Notes under the pieces: model-generated
What the model was told of the DNA's origin: nothing
The model's input: only the letters and a program-made list of their open reading frames with translations
Databases searched by the model: none
Assembly: GCA_020891255.1 (NCBI GenBank)
Contig: BQFW01000007.1
Coordinates: forward strand, 1,488,001 to 1,552,000
DNA from: Entomortierella parvispora E1425
Taxonomy: Eukaryota; Fungi; Mortierellomycota
Direction: 5' to 3'
Length of the DNA: 64,000 nt
Program-made: the position numbers and the translations under genes
Shown here: positions 45,796 through 57,658 of the stretch, piece by piece
Numbering within the stretch: the first letter of the stretch is position 1
Layout: each line of letters opens with the position of its first letter

Positions 45796-47426
45796 ATGGC
45801 CAGCTCGATCACATTCCGGGCGCTCCTCAGGACCAGGACATGGACCCCATGCTCCGCACGGAACGCTGGTTCACCCCAATACAGCCATACCTTGTTTGTA
45901 GCAGGACCTCAACGGCATGCTCTCTTCTCCACCTCTTCACACTCTTACTATGCTAAACCAGCGTCCAAGAAAGGTGCCCCTGTGGAAGAGAAGGCTATCC
46001 TCGGAAGACCCTCCAATAACCTCAAGAGTAATGATGCTACTTTTGTTATCCCCACTTGGAAAACGATATTGATTTTAAATCTACAAACCAAAGAAAAGGT
46101 CGCTGACAGAATCACCTTTCCCTATCAAATTAGTCGGAATCCTGGGAGTACCCAATATTGGAAAGTCGACATTCTTCAACGCTTTGACCAACTCTTCTGT
46201 CCCAGCAGAGAACTTTCCCTTTTGTACCATCGACCCTTCCGAAGCCCGTGTGGTGGTACCTGACGAACGGTTCGATTGGTTGGCAGAACATTACAAACCC
46301 GAGAAGGAGACACCCGCCTACCTGACCGTCATTGATATCGCAGGATTGGTTCGAGGAGCCGCTCAGGGCGAGGGACTCGGAAATGCCTTCTTGTCCCATG
46401 TTCGATCTGTGGATGCACTTTTCCATCTCTGCAGAGGATTTGAGGACCCAGGAGTGATGCATGTGGACGGTAGCGTGGACGCTGTTCGGGATCTGGAGAC
46501 GATTCATTACGAGTTGTTGCTGAGGGACATTGATTGGTTGCAAAAGATTCATCAAGAGTACAAGGTTGTGGCTGGACGGTTAGGCACTGGCAGTTCTGGA
46601 TCTCCAGTGGAGAAGAAGAAGCGGGATGATTTCCCTGCGATCGAGAAGGCATTGGCTTGGGTTGAACAAGGCAACGATATCCGGACGGGCGACTGGACCA
46701 ACAAGGAGATCGAGGTCATCAACTCTCAATATCTCTTGACCGCCAAGCCCATGATCTACCTCGTCAACATTAGTGAGCAGGATTATCTGAATCTGGCAAA
46801 GACCCCCAACGCCGTCATTCAAAAGATTCAGGACTGGATCGATCAACATCACCCAGGCGATTTGTTGATCCCCTTCTCGGGATCGTTCGAGAACCAGCTC
46901 TCGTTGTTTAACGATTCACCCGAGGATAAGCAAACGGTTCTCGAGGATGCTTCCCAGCAGGTCGGCTCGCCTATTGTCTCTGCCCTCCCAGAGATTATTA
47001 TCAAGGGTCGCGAGGCTTTGAGCTTGCAGCAGTTCTTTACTGCTGGCCCTGGAGAAGTTCGAGCTTGGACCACTCGCAAGAACACCCTGGCCCCTCAAGC
47101 AGCTGGTGTGATTCATACAGATTTTGAGCGTGGATTCATCATGGCTGAGGTAAAAAAAAATAAGGGGGCCTTCAGTTCAAATAGTTTTGATTTGAGGGGT
47201 CTTTGTCATGTTTACTCAACTGATTGCTCTAACCTGGATCTCGATTTTTTTTTCTTGCTGTGTACCTGAATCTTAGGTTATGAAGATGAACGATTTGAAG
47301 GGGTTGGGATCAGAAGCTGCCGTCAAGGCCGCTGGAAGATACTACTCCAAGGGCAAGGACTACCCCGTTGAGGATGGAGATGTCGTTTACTTCAAGTTTA
47401 ATGTCACCAACACCAAGAAGAAATAG
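45796..47426 (+). CDS. OLA1: Obg-like ATPase (OLA1/YchF family) with a predicted mitochondrial presequence, 3 exons
   Basis: LGRPSNNLK|IGILGVPNIGKSTFFNALT...NFPFCTIDP...DIAGLVRGA..GEGLGNAFLSHVR...FFTAGPGEVRAWT...APQAAGVIHTDFERGFI...VEDGDVVYFKFN. Confidence 0.9.
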
Positions 47427-47576
47427 ATTTAATGTTGTTGTCAATATTATAATAGTTGTATACTTTGTATTCTATGCAATTGAAAGATGAATGGAAGGGA
47501 TATTGGGTATGTAGGATATACCAACTTTGTAAAGAGAGAGGAGAGAGGCAGAGAGAGCCATGGAGCGACGGTCGAT

Positions 47577-49430
47577 TTATACGGCTTGATTATTGCCGTG
47601 TCCGCCCTTGGGGGCTTCTGTTCGGATAAGGGCTGGGATGGTGACAATCTCCTTGTAATTCGGAAAGCTACGCTCGACCTCGACAATCTCTACGGCAACA
47701 GCTCTGTCAACCTTCAAGAGCTCAAAGGCCGCCTGACGTTGTTCCCAATCCAGCTCCATGACGGCACCGGGGTTTTGCTGGACCATACAGTTGGTGTCGA
47801 AATTCCAGATACCGTCCTCGTCCCGCATGTAGGCGTTGTACTTGAGGTAGGGGGAGTTGGCCATGTACTTGTTGACGACCAGTCCAGAGTTCCACCAGAG
47901 AGGTTTGCCTCGGTAATCGAAATGAGCCAGGTTACCGCACACGCGATCAAAGCTGACGGTCTTCGTCCGCTGTTTACCGTCTTTGATATTGATTGGATGA
48001 ACAGTGGTCTGGGTTTCGCCCTTGTTGTAGAGCTCAATCTCGTCTGCTGGCAAGTTCTCGTTCCAGAACGAGATCATGTCGCCCCAATTACCCAAGACTC
48101 CACCACCATAGCGCAAGAACGAGTACCGTTCCTGAATCATTTCCAGTGCAATCCAGAAGGTCTCCTTATCGCCCCATGTCCGCACGTAGGTGACTTGCTC
48201 TCGCTCATAGTAATCGTTGATGGCGCAGATAGCCAGCATACCCAAGAAATGACGGCCCTTGTCCAAGACCACGACACCCGACTCCATCTCGTGATCGCCC
48301 TTGGATCGGAACCATCGACTCTTGGCTGGGTGGTTCGACATGGTGGGCAAGAACGATTCCATCCATTGTTTCTTGTCGCCTCCAGCTCCGGGAAAGACTG
48401 TACGGTCGTAGAAAAAGACTGTGCCAACCTCTTTGTAACCATCGTCGTCAAACAAAACTTCTGGATCCTGAAAGAACGCCGCATCCGAATCCAACATCAT
48501 CACCTCCTCAAATCGGGTCATCAACATCATGAATGGCTTTGCGGCCCAGCCTCCGAGTCGCAAGAGCTCGTTATCGATCAAGGTGGTCAAGTCGATTGTC
48601 CGCACATTCTCAATGCGCTCGAACCAATTCCTGTGTTCCTCCACCAGATCGTGAGCGCCCGAGTAATAAATCTCAATCGGCAAAGTGCAGCCGAGGACCT
48701 CACGCAAGTGCTTGACCGTTGTCCGAGCGTACTTGGCATGCCAGTTGCCCACGGACATGACAATGCCGCGTCCACCCCCTTTTGTCTCCTCAAAGAGGTC
48801 AAAGGTGGTCTCGTACCGTTTCAGCAGCCAGGGGAACGTGGTCTGCTCAATTTTTTGCAACAAATCAATAGCAGGGGCGAGGTCGCTGGGTGGGCCTTCG
48901 TAAAAGTGACGTCCGTTGACGGACTCTTCGTCTTCTTCAATCACCTCCAAACCGGCGTGGTAACTCTGGAGGTGTTGCCACAATGCTCTAAAGACCCTGA
49001 GTCGTTTCGTCAGTGTCAAAAAGTGGTCGTCCTTCAGAGGCGACAAAGCATGGAATCGCTTGTTGTCGTCCAGGGACGGGTCCAGTTCAATCCTTCCTCG
49101 TTCCTCAGGCGATAGCCTCTTGAACTTGGTTCCAGTCAAGGATTTTACGATATTTTGTCCAGCAATTGTTCTCAGAGCCTCGGTGTCGCCCTTGGTCCAG
49201 TCCTTGAGATCCTTGGGATCGTAGGTGGCAATATGGTGGGTATAATGGACGTTGTGTTCCGAAGCCTCCGAGGGGACCGACTGTACTTGACCATCCTCGT
49301 CAATGGAGTACTCAAAGGAGCCTTGATACCGGGACACAGAGGCCAGGAGGAAGAAAATGACGATGATGAGGATGATTCGTAAGGTTTGGGTCTTGCGAAT
49401 GGTCGCCGAGAAGATTGCGACCGGCTGCAT
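47577..49430 (-). CDS. Type II membrane alpha-mannosyltransferase (GT71, MNN1/MNT family), single exon
   Basis: N-terminal TM (IILIIVIFFLLASV); RGIVMSVG; LPIEIYYSG; KPFMMLMTRFEEVMMLDSDAAF (DxD); EMESGVVVLDK; WGDKETFWIA. Confidence 0.9.
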   Translation of the reverse strand: MQPVAIFSATIRKTQTLRIILIIVIFFLLASVSRYQGSFEYSIDEDGQVQSVPSEASEHNVHYTHHIATYDPKDLKDWTKGDTEALRTIAGQNIVKSLTGTKFKRLSPEERGRIELDPSLDDNKRFHALSPLKDDHFLTLTKRLRVFRALWQHLQSYHAGLEVIEEDEESVNGRHFYEGPPSDLAPAIDLLQKIEQTTFPWLLKRYETTFDLFEETKGGGRGIVMSVGNWHAKYARTTVKHLREVLGCTLPIEIYYSGAHDLVEEHRNWFERIENVRTIDLTTLIDNELLRLGGWAAKPFMMLMTRFEEVMMLDSDAAFFQDPEVLFDDDGYKEVGTVFFYDRTVFPGAGGDKKQWMESFLPTMSNHPAKSRWFRSKGDHEMESGVVVLDKGRHFLGMLAICAINDYYEREQVTYVRTWGDKETFWIALEMIQERYSFLRYGGGVLGNWGDMISFWNENLPADEIELYNKGETQTTVHPINIKDGKQRTKTVSFDRVCGNLAHFDYRGKPLWWNSGLVVNKYMANSPYLKYNAYMRDEDGIWNFDTNCMVQQNPGAVMELDWEQRQAAFELLKVDRAVAVEIVEVERSFPNYKEIVTIPALIRTEAPKGGHGNNQAV

Positions 49431-50895
49431 GGTTGATGTCCAGGTTCCTGTTTGTCGGTTTTGGGTCGCAGTGAAAAGTAAAAATAAAAAAGTAGTAGCC
49501 GACAAGGAGGTAGTCGAGATACAGTCCCCTGCGAATATGAAAAGAGTCCTCGGTTGCTTCCAGTGACAGACAGATGGAGACAGAAGGAAGGAATGGGAGG
49601 AATGTGGGAGAAAGAGTAATGAAGAAAGAGAGAGGGAGAGAAACAGAACACAGAGACCGACAATAAACACCAACCACAGCCCATTTGCGCACAAGCAATC
49701 ACAATATTCTCTCACTTGCGCCCCATGGACTTTGCTTTACGCCTCTATTGCCTATTGTTATCAATCAACTCCGGAAGCCGTTGAGCCTCCTGCGTCCCGA
49801 GGCCCCCTCTCCACCCTGCCATTGAAGGCAAAATGGGTGCACCTGCAGGCAGGCAGGGGGAGCGACAACAGGTTGGGTTTGGTTTGCCCGAGTTTGGCTC
49901 TGAAACCATTGGGCAGGCTATTCCCTGGCGGGGCTGGTGAAGACTGGCTGGCTGGTCGGTCCCCTTGGACTGGAAATGTGTTGTGGCTGTTGCTGCCAGG
50001 GTGACCTCCAGCGACAGTGAGTCGACGGACTAATTCTTGGGTCAGTGCTTTCTATCCTCTCGAGAATCAAGTGCGAATCAGAAGGAGAGGCCTACGAGAG
50101 TACTACGAGTACTGTAGGGCAAAGCGACCGTCACTGAGCTTGCAACCAGGGATCCTTACTACGGAAAAAGGGGGGGACACAGAAAAAGATAGGCCGTTTG
50201 CCGCGTTTTTTTTGTTCTTGCATGATGTTGGTGGCGCGCTTATGGTACACATATATATATTTTATTGCAGAAAGCAGTAGGAGGGTCAAGAAGAGGAGGC
50301 AGAGTGAGAGTGATCGCACAAAGGGGAGGAAAGGGAATGGAGGGAGGAAGGGGGGGGATGAAGAAGGGATGAACGGACAAGAATGAGGGAGAATGGAGAC
50401 AAACGGGGTTCAGCTGGCTATGCAGGCGGGTCGTTGCATTCTTGGGTCAGGTCAGTCAGCAATGCAACCTGTCTGTCTGTCTGTCTGTGGATGCCATGCA
50501 TGCAGCCACTCTCTTGGGATCAGTGTTCTTTTTTTGGGTTGGTTGAATGATGTATGAAGGCCAGTGCGGTGTCATGTGCATGCATGCATGCATGCATGTA
50601 TGTATGTGTTCCTTTCTTTCTTTCTTCCATTCCTTCCCTTCTGTTGCTTCCTTCGCTCTCTTCTCTCTCTCTCTTCCCTCCTTCCTTCTTGGCTGCCCTC
50701 CTTCCCTCCATCCTGCCTAGACACACTCCTCCTCTCCCTCCTCTTCTTTCATCCATCCATCCTCGCTCTCATTCGTTCATATATTCATTATTCCGTCACA
50801 TTCACTCTCTTCCTCCCATTACTCACACACCATACATACACACACACACACACACACAACTCATCACTGACTGAGCAAACTAGAGCAGTGGACCA

Positions 50896-53800
50896 ATGAA
50901 CCCATCCTCATCCCAAGAGGCCGGTCCATCATCCACGCCTAATCCACAGCGGGCCGGTCATCTCCACAGGTCCCCTTATGGCACCTCCTCACCTTCCCGC
51001 CCTGACGACTCTCCTGGTGGCCCTGGGTCCGGGTCCGGGTCTGGGTCTGGCAGACAAAGAGTCCGAACAGAACCATCCCCCCGTCATGCGCAGGCATCTT
51101 CAGGCTGGCTGGGATCCTACAACGAACAGCCCCCACCCATGCCCGCCCGATCCCCGCGTGCACCGCGACTAGCCACGACACCAGACAGGACACAGGCTGG
51201 CGGCGGCAACTCAGGATCAGACAGGATTCTGGACACACACAGAGCACTCGGAAGCTGGCAACACGACGGAGCAAGCCCTTCCACCGCTGGATCGGACGGG
51301 GGCTTTAGGCGGAGGAACTTTGAGCCAAAGCATAACGAGCGTCCTACCGGCGGTCAGATGGAACCGTCGAGCAGCATCCAGAGTCTTGTCGAGTCGATCG
51401 ACGACGACCATGTCTTTAGACTGACAGAGATGACAAAGAAGCGGGTCGAGCACAACAATCCTTCACAGAAGCGACCTCGGGTCGTGTCGCTGCCGATCAC
51501 CGACGTGTCGTTAGGTGAGTGAGACCACATAGGAAAAGAAGAGGGGGGACACAGAAGGACCCATGCGGACAGACTGGTCAGTCATCATGTGCAGGCCATT
51601 TTTGCGCGCTTCGTGGCCTGGACCTACCAAACTCCGGCCGATGGGCGATAATTGCACATGGACTGAATGGCGATCCGATCGCCGCTTGTATCTGTTTTTG
51701 AGGGTGTGTAACGATTAACGAGCTTGGGCATTTCCACTTCCCGTGATTCATTTTAGTAGCGCAATTCCAACCCTCGGAAAAGACGCTCCTGCTGTCAAGC
51801 ACATGCAAGACGTCTCTCGAGACTAGATACACGCAACTCTACCAGTCCATCAACGACGGACATCCTATCAACCGGCTGGATCAACTGCGCCAGCTCTTGC
51901 CGCGGATCAAAGCAAAGTCAATACCCAAGCATGGAAATGAAAGCAAAACATCCATGGATCAATCTCGGCCTCGCCGACCCAAGGTCGACAAGTACAAATT
52001 TGTGGACAAGGTGGAAGAATCAAGCTGTATCTGGGATGTCGATCACATGGAGGCTAGAGCTCTTGCCACCGAGGCTGCAGAGGCTGCACAGGCAAAGGCT
52101 GCCGCAAAATCGACCTCGACCGATAGCTTTGTGCAGACCTCTTCTTCCTCTCGCGACTCCTTTGTGTTTTCAAATGCATATCATGATTCTCCGATGGCCT
52201 CCATGGATTCAAACAGCGTAGCAGCAGGAATGTCACCTTCCAGCACTCTCACGTCTATGAGTCAAAGACCGCATGGAATGCTGGATTCAACGTCAACATT
52301 TTCATTGGAACCCACTGGACAGAGTCGCTCCTCCAAAGATCTCCCTGGCGATTCAAGGCTTCGAATTTCAGAATATCCAGATTCTACGCCACTATCCCAG
52401 CAAACAACACCTCCCACCATCACCTTTGCGAAAGGGGAACTCCCTGGAATACAGGAAGCACAGGCAATGGAGTCATCCCCCTCGAAAAGAAGCTCCTTTC
52501 TGGGAATCTTTGGACCCCGGAGCAAGAAGGGCGGTCACGATGGCAGCGAGCACTCTTACCAAGAGTCTCCTCAATCGACCAGCGCATATGGCAGCCCGCG
52601 TCTTGGTGCTTCTGGACTAAATCCGGATCGTCGGTCTCTGGATATTCCACAGAGTCCACATCTGCAGCCGGCCGGGCCAATGCATCCGAACCAGCGCTTG
52701 CAACCCACTTTGGAAATTGTTCCTCCTTCATCCTACAGCTCACCTTCTGACCCGTTTGCAGGACAAGTCACCTCTGCATTCTCGAGCAAGCGAACATCAA
52801 TAGATGAGGAGCATCGGACAAATCATTTTGGAGATCCGGGCAGTGCAGCCATGACAGATGATGACACTGGAGGCCACTGGGCCCCTCCTGCATTCTGGCC
52901 TCAAGGAGAACGAATGGATGATAGTCAGGACGAGAGTGACACGGCATTGGCGGCTGCGCAAAAGGTAATATATCCACGTCAGATACTTGGGGAACTCCCA
53001 CCTCAAAAAAAAAAAGTCAGAATATCTTACCACATTTCATGTGAAATTGATAGCGCTCGTCCATTCGACGGCTTAAAGACAAGATGTGGAAACGAGGACC
53101 AAAAGCATTGTCATCCATACACCCTCACCCTGTAGAGTCCAACAGCAGTTCACCAGATACCATCGGAGCACACCCCTCCCCCAGAGTAGGACCGCAAGGA
53201 GTTATGATCATGTCCGACTCGCAAACGCGTGTTGAACACAAGTCGCCTTTGCTGAACCCAAGGACAGACAGTTTCAATAGCACATTCAACAGCAGCAACA
53301 CTCGATCTCCTCTGATGCAACCTAGTATTTCTCGACCCGAAAAATCGCCCATGCTCCAACCCGCTCGAAATCTTGAGAAGTCACCTTTGCTGCCGCCCTC
53401 AGCCATGTTCTCCAACGAAGAAGGGGGAACTCACCAAAACAGTCCGGCCATTACCGCAGCTGGACCAAATCTGACCAGTACAGAGGCGGCGAAACCAATG
53501 GCGACGGTTCCTACTTCCCGTCTAATTATTGACGTGGAGCGGATACCCAAGAGGATGCTTGATCGACTAAAGTTACAACCAGAGCTTGCCTCTGTCGAGT
53601 GGAAGGCGGAAACAGGTACTCCTGCTACTTTTGCACGTTGCAGACTCGACTCTCCAAAAGAAAGTACTAACTTTGTGATACCTTTTTAACAGTGGATCTG
53701 AGTGCCCTTTCGGTTTCCAAGGACCTGCTGACCTATGATGAATTCGCGGGAATCACCTCAGCCATGAGAGAGTCAGACATGTATCCTAGGTACTTGGATG

Positions 53801-54933
53801 ATGTCGACGTTATTCAGCTCCACCTTGCTATTGGCCAGGAGGATGTCAAGGACGAGCTCTCTAAAGATCGAGCACGTAAATGGGATCATTTGGAACTGCG
53901 CGTTGATCAAGAATTGGAGCAAGGCGACAAGTGGCTCAAAGAAATCATGAGCTGGTCAAACACGAAAGCCGACACAATTGAGCGACACTGTCGGCCCGAG
54001 GACGAAGGGTGGGTCAATGGTGAGTGGCACTTGGATGCCAACGCACCTCTAGTAGAGGAGCCAGCCGAGGAGAATGCCGATGAAACCACCACATCCACCT
54101 CCGCCGGGAGTCCGACGGCCACCAGCATGTCCATGTTCTCGTCCTCTTCTTCACTGGGAAGCACGGCGATGGCGGATCAAAGTCGCCCAGATAGTAGCCA
54201 GGTCGCGGCTCAGTCAGGAGAGGACTCGAAGCATACACGCATGCCCCACACTGCGCCTCTGGAGACGTTTAAGGCTCGAAAGCAACAGCGGGATCTATCG
54301 CTGACATCCACTCGCGATATGCATGGGTCCATGTCCTCACTCCATGCCACAACAACCACGTTTTCATTCAAGGCTAGTTTGGAGTCGACCCGTGAGTCTG
54401 TAGCCGAGATGAGAGTGTACTTGAAGGAGTGTCGGGATCGACTGTTCCAACTGGAAGAAGCCACAGGAGCGCCGTTGCAGGAGAAGGAGCCAGTGTTCAA
54501 GGACATTGTGGACAAGTTTACGACGGAATGGAACGGATCTTATTTCGTGGCGCTCAAGGAGGTGGAAGATCAGATCCAGGTTATGAACTTGAAGAGGATC
54601 GAGAACCCGTGGATGGATATGCTCTTGATCATGTTGTCATGGGTGATCCGTGGACTTTTCTACTTGGTCGAGGGTGTCACAATCATGATTATCATTGTTC
54701 GGCATGCTTGGCGAAAAGCCAAGAATGGGTACGAGGTCATCCGGAACACCCGACGAGAGCAGGAGCGTTTGAACCACCATCGAATTGGCAGTGGTGGACA
54801 TCCAGTGGGATCCTCGGGCTCGATTATGGACGGAAGCGCTACCGCTGCTGGAGAAAACGGCAAAGGCTCGGGTGCGAATGGCCATGCCCAGGCCCATGCT
54901 GGAAGAACCGTTGGAGCGTGGTCTTCAAACTGA
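50896..54933 (+). CDS. Hypothetical Ser/Pro-rich protein with C-terminal coiled coil and hydrophobic segment, about 4 exons
   Basis: Consecutive long ORFs linked by GT-AG introns (donors near 51517, 52966, 53616); C-terminal PWMDMLLIMLSWVIRGLFYLVEGVTIMIIIVRHAW. Confidence 0.7.
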
Positions 54934-55492
54934 AAGGCTGGAAGTTTGGTACGCCTAGTTTTTTCTTTCTGCAATTAATGATTAATCCCTTTTTACTCTA
55001 CTATTCCACCTAATCCTAATACAAACATCGTCGAGAGATCTGCTTCTGCTATTGTCATGGGTATCTTGGCCTTGCGACGATGACAGTAGGCCTCCTTTTT
55101 TCTCTCTGTGTGGCTCATTCCCGTCTGCTCTCACTGTCTGTCTTCCCTGCAACCCGCAGCCACCGTTGAACCGATCCCCCTGGACAATCCCCTTGGACAA
55201 ACTGTCGCTGCAGACAGTCTGCTGACGGAAGAGAGACCGATCGACCGCGCTTGTCCAAAAGAGGCAACCCAACTCCGGTCTAGATGATGATGAGTGAAAT
55301 AAATTTTTCCCTTTATTCTTTCCTTCTTCGCTCTCAACACCTTCCTCCCTCTCTTTCTCTTCTTCAGTCCACTTGCGCCTCTCCCCCCCACCCGTCTTCC
55401 CACACGCCCCTCTGTCGTTTGCTTATTCACCCGCTCGCATTCCTCTCATTCCCTGCTTTGCTTTTTGTCATTCAACCCTCATTACTGCCACC

Positions 55493-57482
55493 ATGGACTT
55501 CTGTGCAATGTTGGGCGACAAGGACAAGGGCGATTGCCCTGACAACAAGCCCATGGTCGAGCTGCAATGGTACCATGTTGCCATCGCCTCAACCCTAATC
55601 ATTGTCAACGGTATGCACTCCATTCCCACAACTCGAGTAGAATGCACTGCTCCTGCATACGTGTTCTTTCAAAAGAGCACAGAAATCTAACTGCAGCTCC
55701 TTCTCTTCTTATTCGCTGACTTCTCCCTACTCAGGCCTACTGTCGATCATGCTGGGTCTTGGTCTAGAGAAGCGGCTGTTCATCAGCGCCATCCGCTGCG
55801 TCGTCCAATTGACCATCATGGTAAGGTTTCTCCTCCTCTGTGAGGCTTTGAGGGGTTTAACGATTTGTTTACGGTTTGGGTTGAGTTGCTCACGCCATTT
55901 ACCATTTATCGTTTACGTTTTCTTCAACCGCTAGGGTATGGTGCTTCAAAATATCTTTGACGCCAAAAGCCCAGTGCTTGTGATGCTTATGGCGTGTAAG
56001 TGAAAGATAAAGCGCTGCGCCAAAGGACAATATGACTTTTTTTTTTATGGTTCTGCAGAGCGCACATCATGATTTAGGATTGTGCGCTGACGGTGTGTTT
56101 TCCTTGTCCCTCCTTTAGTGCTCCTGATCACCCTTGGTGCCAACGAGGCTGTCTTCAACGTCAGCAAGCGCCGTCATATTTACATGGTAAGGGAAAAGGA
56201 ATGAGATGCTTATCTGTATCTATAGATTTGTCAAATAGACCCTAACAGACTCTCATCTTGCTAGTTCCCCTCTGTTCTCGTCTCGATGGGCTGCAGCTGC
56301 TTGATCATTGGCACCTTTGGTAAATGATTTGAAACTGCTGGGGTCTAAAAACTCTGGTCATGATGCGTTCCTTCTCGATGATGACTGACGCCACCAACCT
56401 ATAATCCCATAGGAACGCGACTCGCCATGGGTGTCGATCCACTTCATTCGGCCAAGGAGTTCATCCCTGGTAAGAGAGAGAGAGAGAGAGAGAAACGATG
56501 GTGAAAATCGGATAGTCATCACCACAATTACTGTCGTTCTGACTTTCATCTACCATACTTCGGGGAAATAGTACTCGGCATGCTTCTTGGAAACACAATG
56601 ACAGCCATCTCGTTGGGCCTTGATCAGTGCCTCAGTCAGCTCAGGTGAGTAGCAACTCTCGAGCAATTTTGTTCTCGACCAAAGTGTCAGGAATTGTAAT
56701 GACTTTTGTCTGACCTATGCTTTTTCACTGCTGATAGTGAGAATAAGGAAAAGATTGAGCTTTACCTCTCCATGGGTGCAACTCGATGGGAGGCTTGCCG
56801 CCCCATTGCAGTGGAGGCGATGCGCCGCGCCATGATGCCCACAATCAACCAAATGAGGTAACAGCTTTTCTCTTTCGAGATCAAAGCACAGTCGTTTCGT
56901 TTTTTCTTGTTCTAATAGTGAATCATTTCCTTTGTATTGCACAGCATCATTGGACTCATCTCGATCCCAGGCATGATGACGGGACAGTTGATTGCTGGAG
57001 CCTCTGTCCTGAACGCAGCCAAGTCGCAACAGATCATCATGTTTTTGATCTCGGGCGCTGCTGCCTTTGGCACCCTGTCTTCTGTGTTGGTAAGTTGACC
57101 ACCACTCCCTTGTGCCTTTTCAAACAGAGTAATAGCCACAGGTCCCTGACTCCTTTCTTGTTTTTTTTATTGGTGTTGACAATAGATCTGTCTTCGGGTT
57201 TGCTTTGATTCCTCCGACAGACTTCGTCCAGAACGCATCATCAAGACAAAGTCCGTTATCCCAAAGGCATGGCGGGATTTCGCGCAGCGTACTTCAGACC
57301 GCCTGGGAAATGCCCTTTGTTGTTGCTGGTACAAGTCGTCATCGTCGTCGCCATCGGTGGAGGAAGGAGGACGCCGCACCCCAACACCAGAGAGGGAGAG
57401 GAGCCGCGACCAAAACGAAAGGACGCCCAATGACCAGCACGTGGAAGCCACAGAGAGGACACCCTTGGTGCGCTCGTCGTAA
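55493..57482 (+). CDS. UPF0014 family membrane protein (YbbM/FetB, ALS3/STAR2-like permease), many short exons
   Basis: LGLEKRLFISAIRCVVQLTIM|G...GMLLGNTMTAISLGL...IELYLSMGATRWEA...AMMPTINQM|SIIGLISIPGMMTGQLIAGAS...AAKSQQIIMF. Confidence 0.88.
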
Positions 57483-57658
57483 ACACCCAAGCTCATAGAT
57501 TCTATACGATGGCCGTATACCTATCTTTTATTATTGTCATTTTTCATTTTATATCATAAACCCACCGTATTTCAATCATCTCCGAGAGTAAGGCGTGGTT
57601 CATTGTAGAGATGAAAAATAGACAAGGCTGGTATATTGATAACAACTTTTGGCAAAGC

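Noticed and set aside
47487-49115. 542-aa ORF antisense to the GT71 gene
   Set aside because: Lies almost entirely opposite a well-supported CDS, shows no recognisable motif, and is explained by codon bias leaving the antisense frame stop-poor.
50576-50602. (ATGC)n palindromic runs here and at about 41060
   Set aside because: Simple-sequence repeats with no further support for function.
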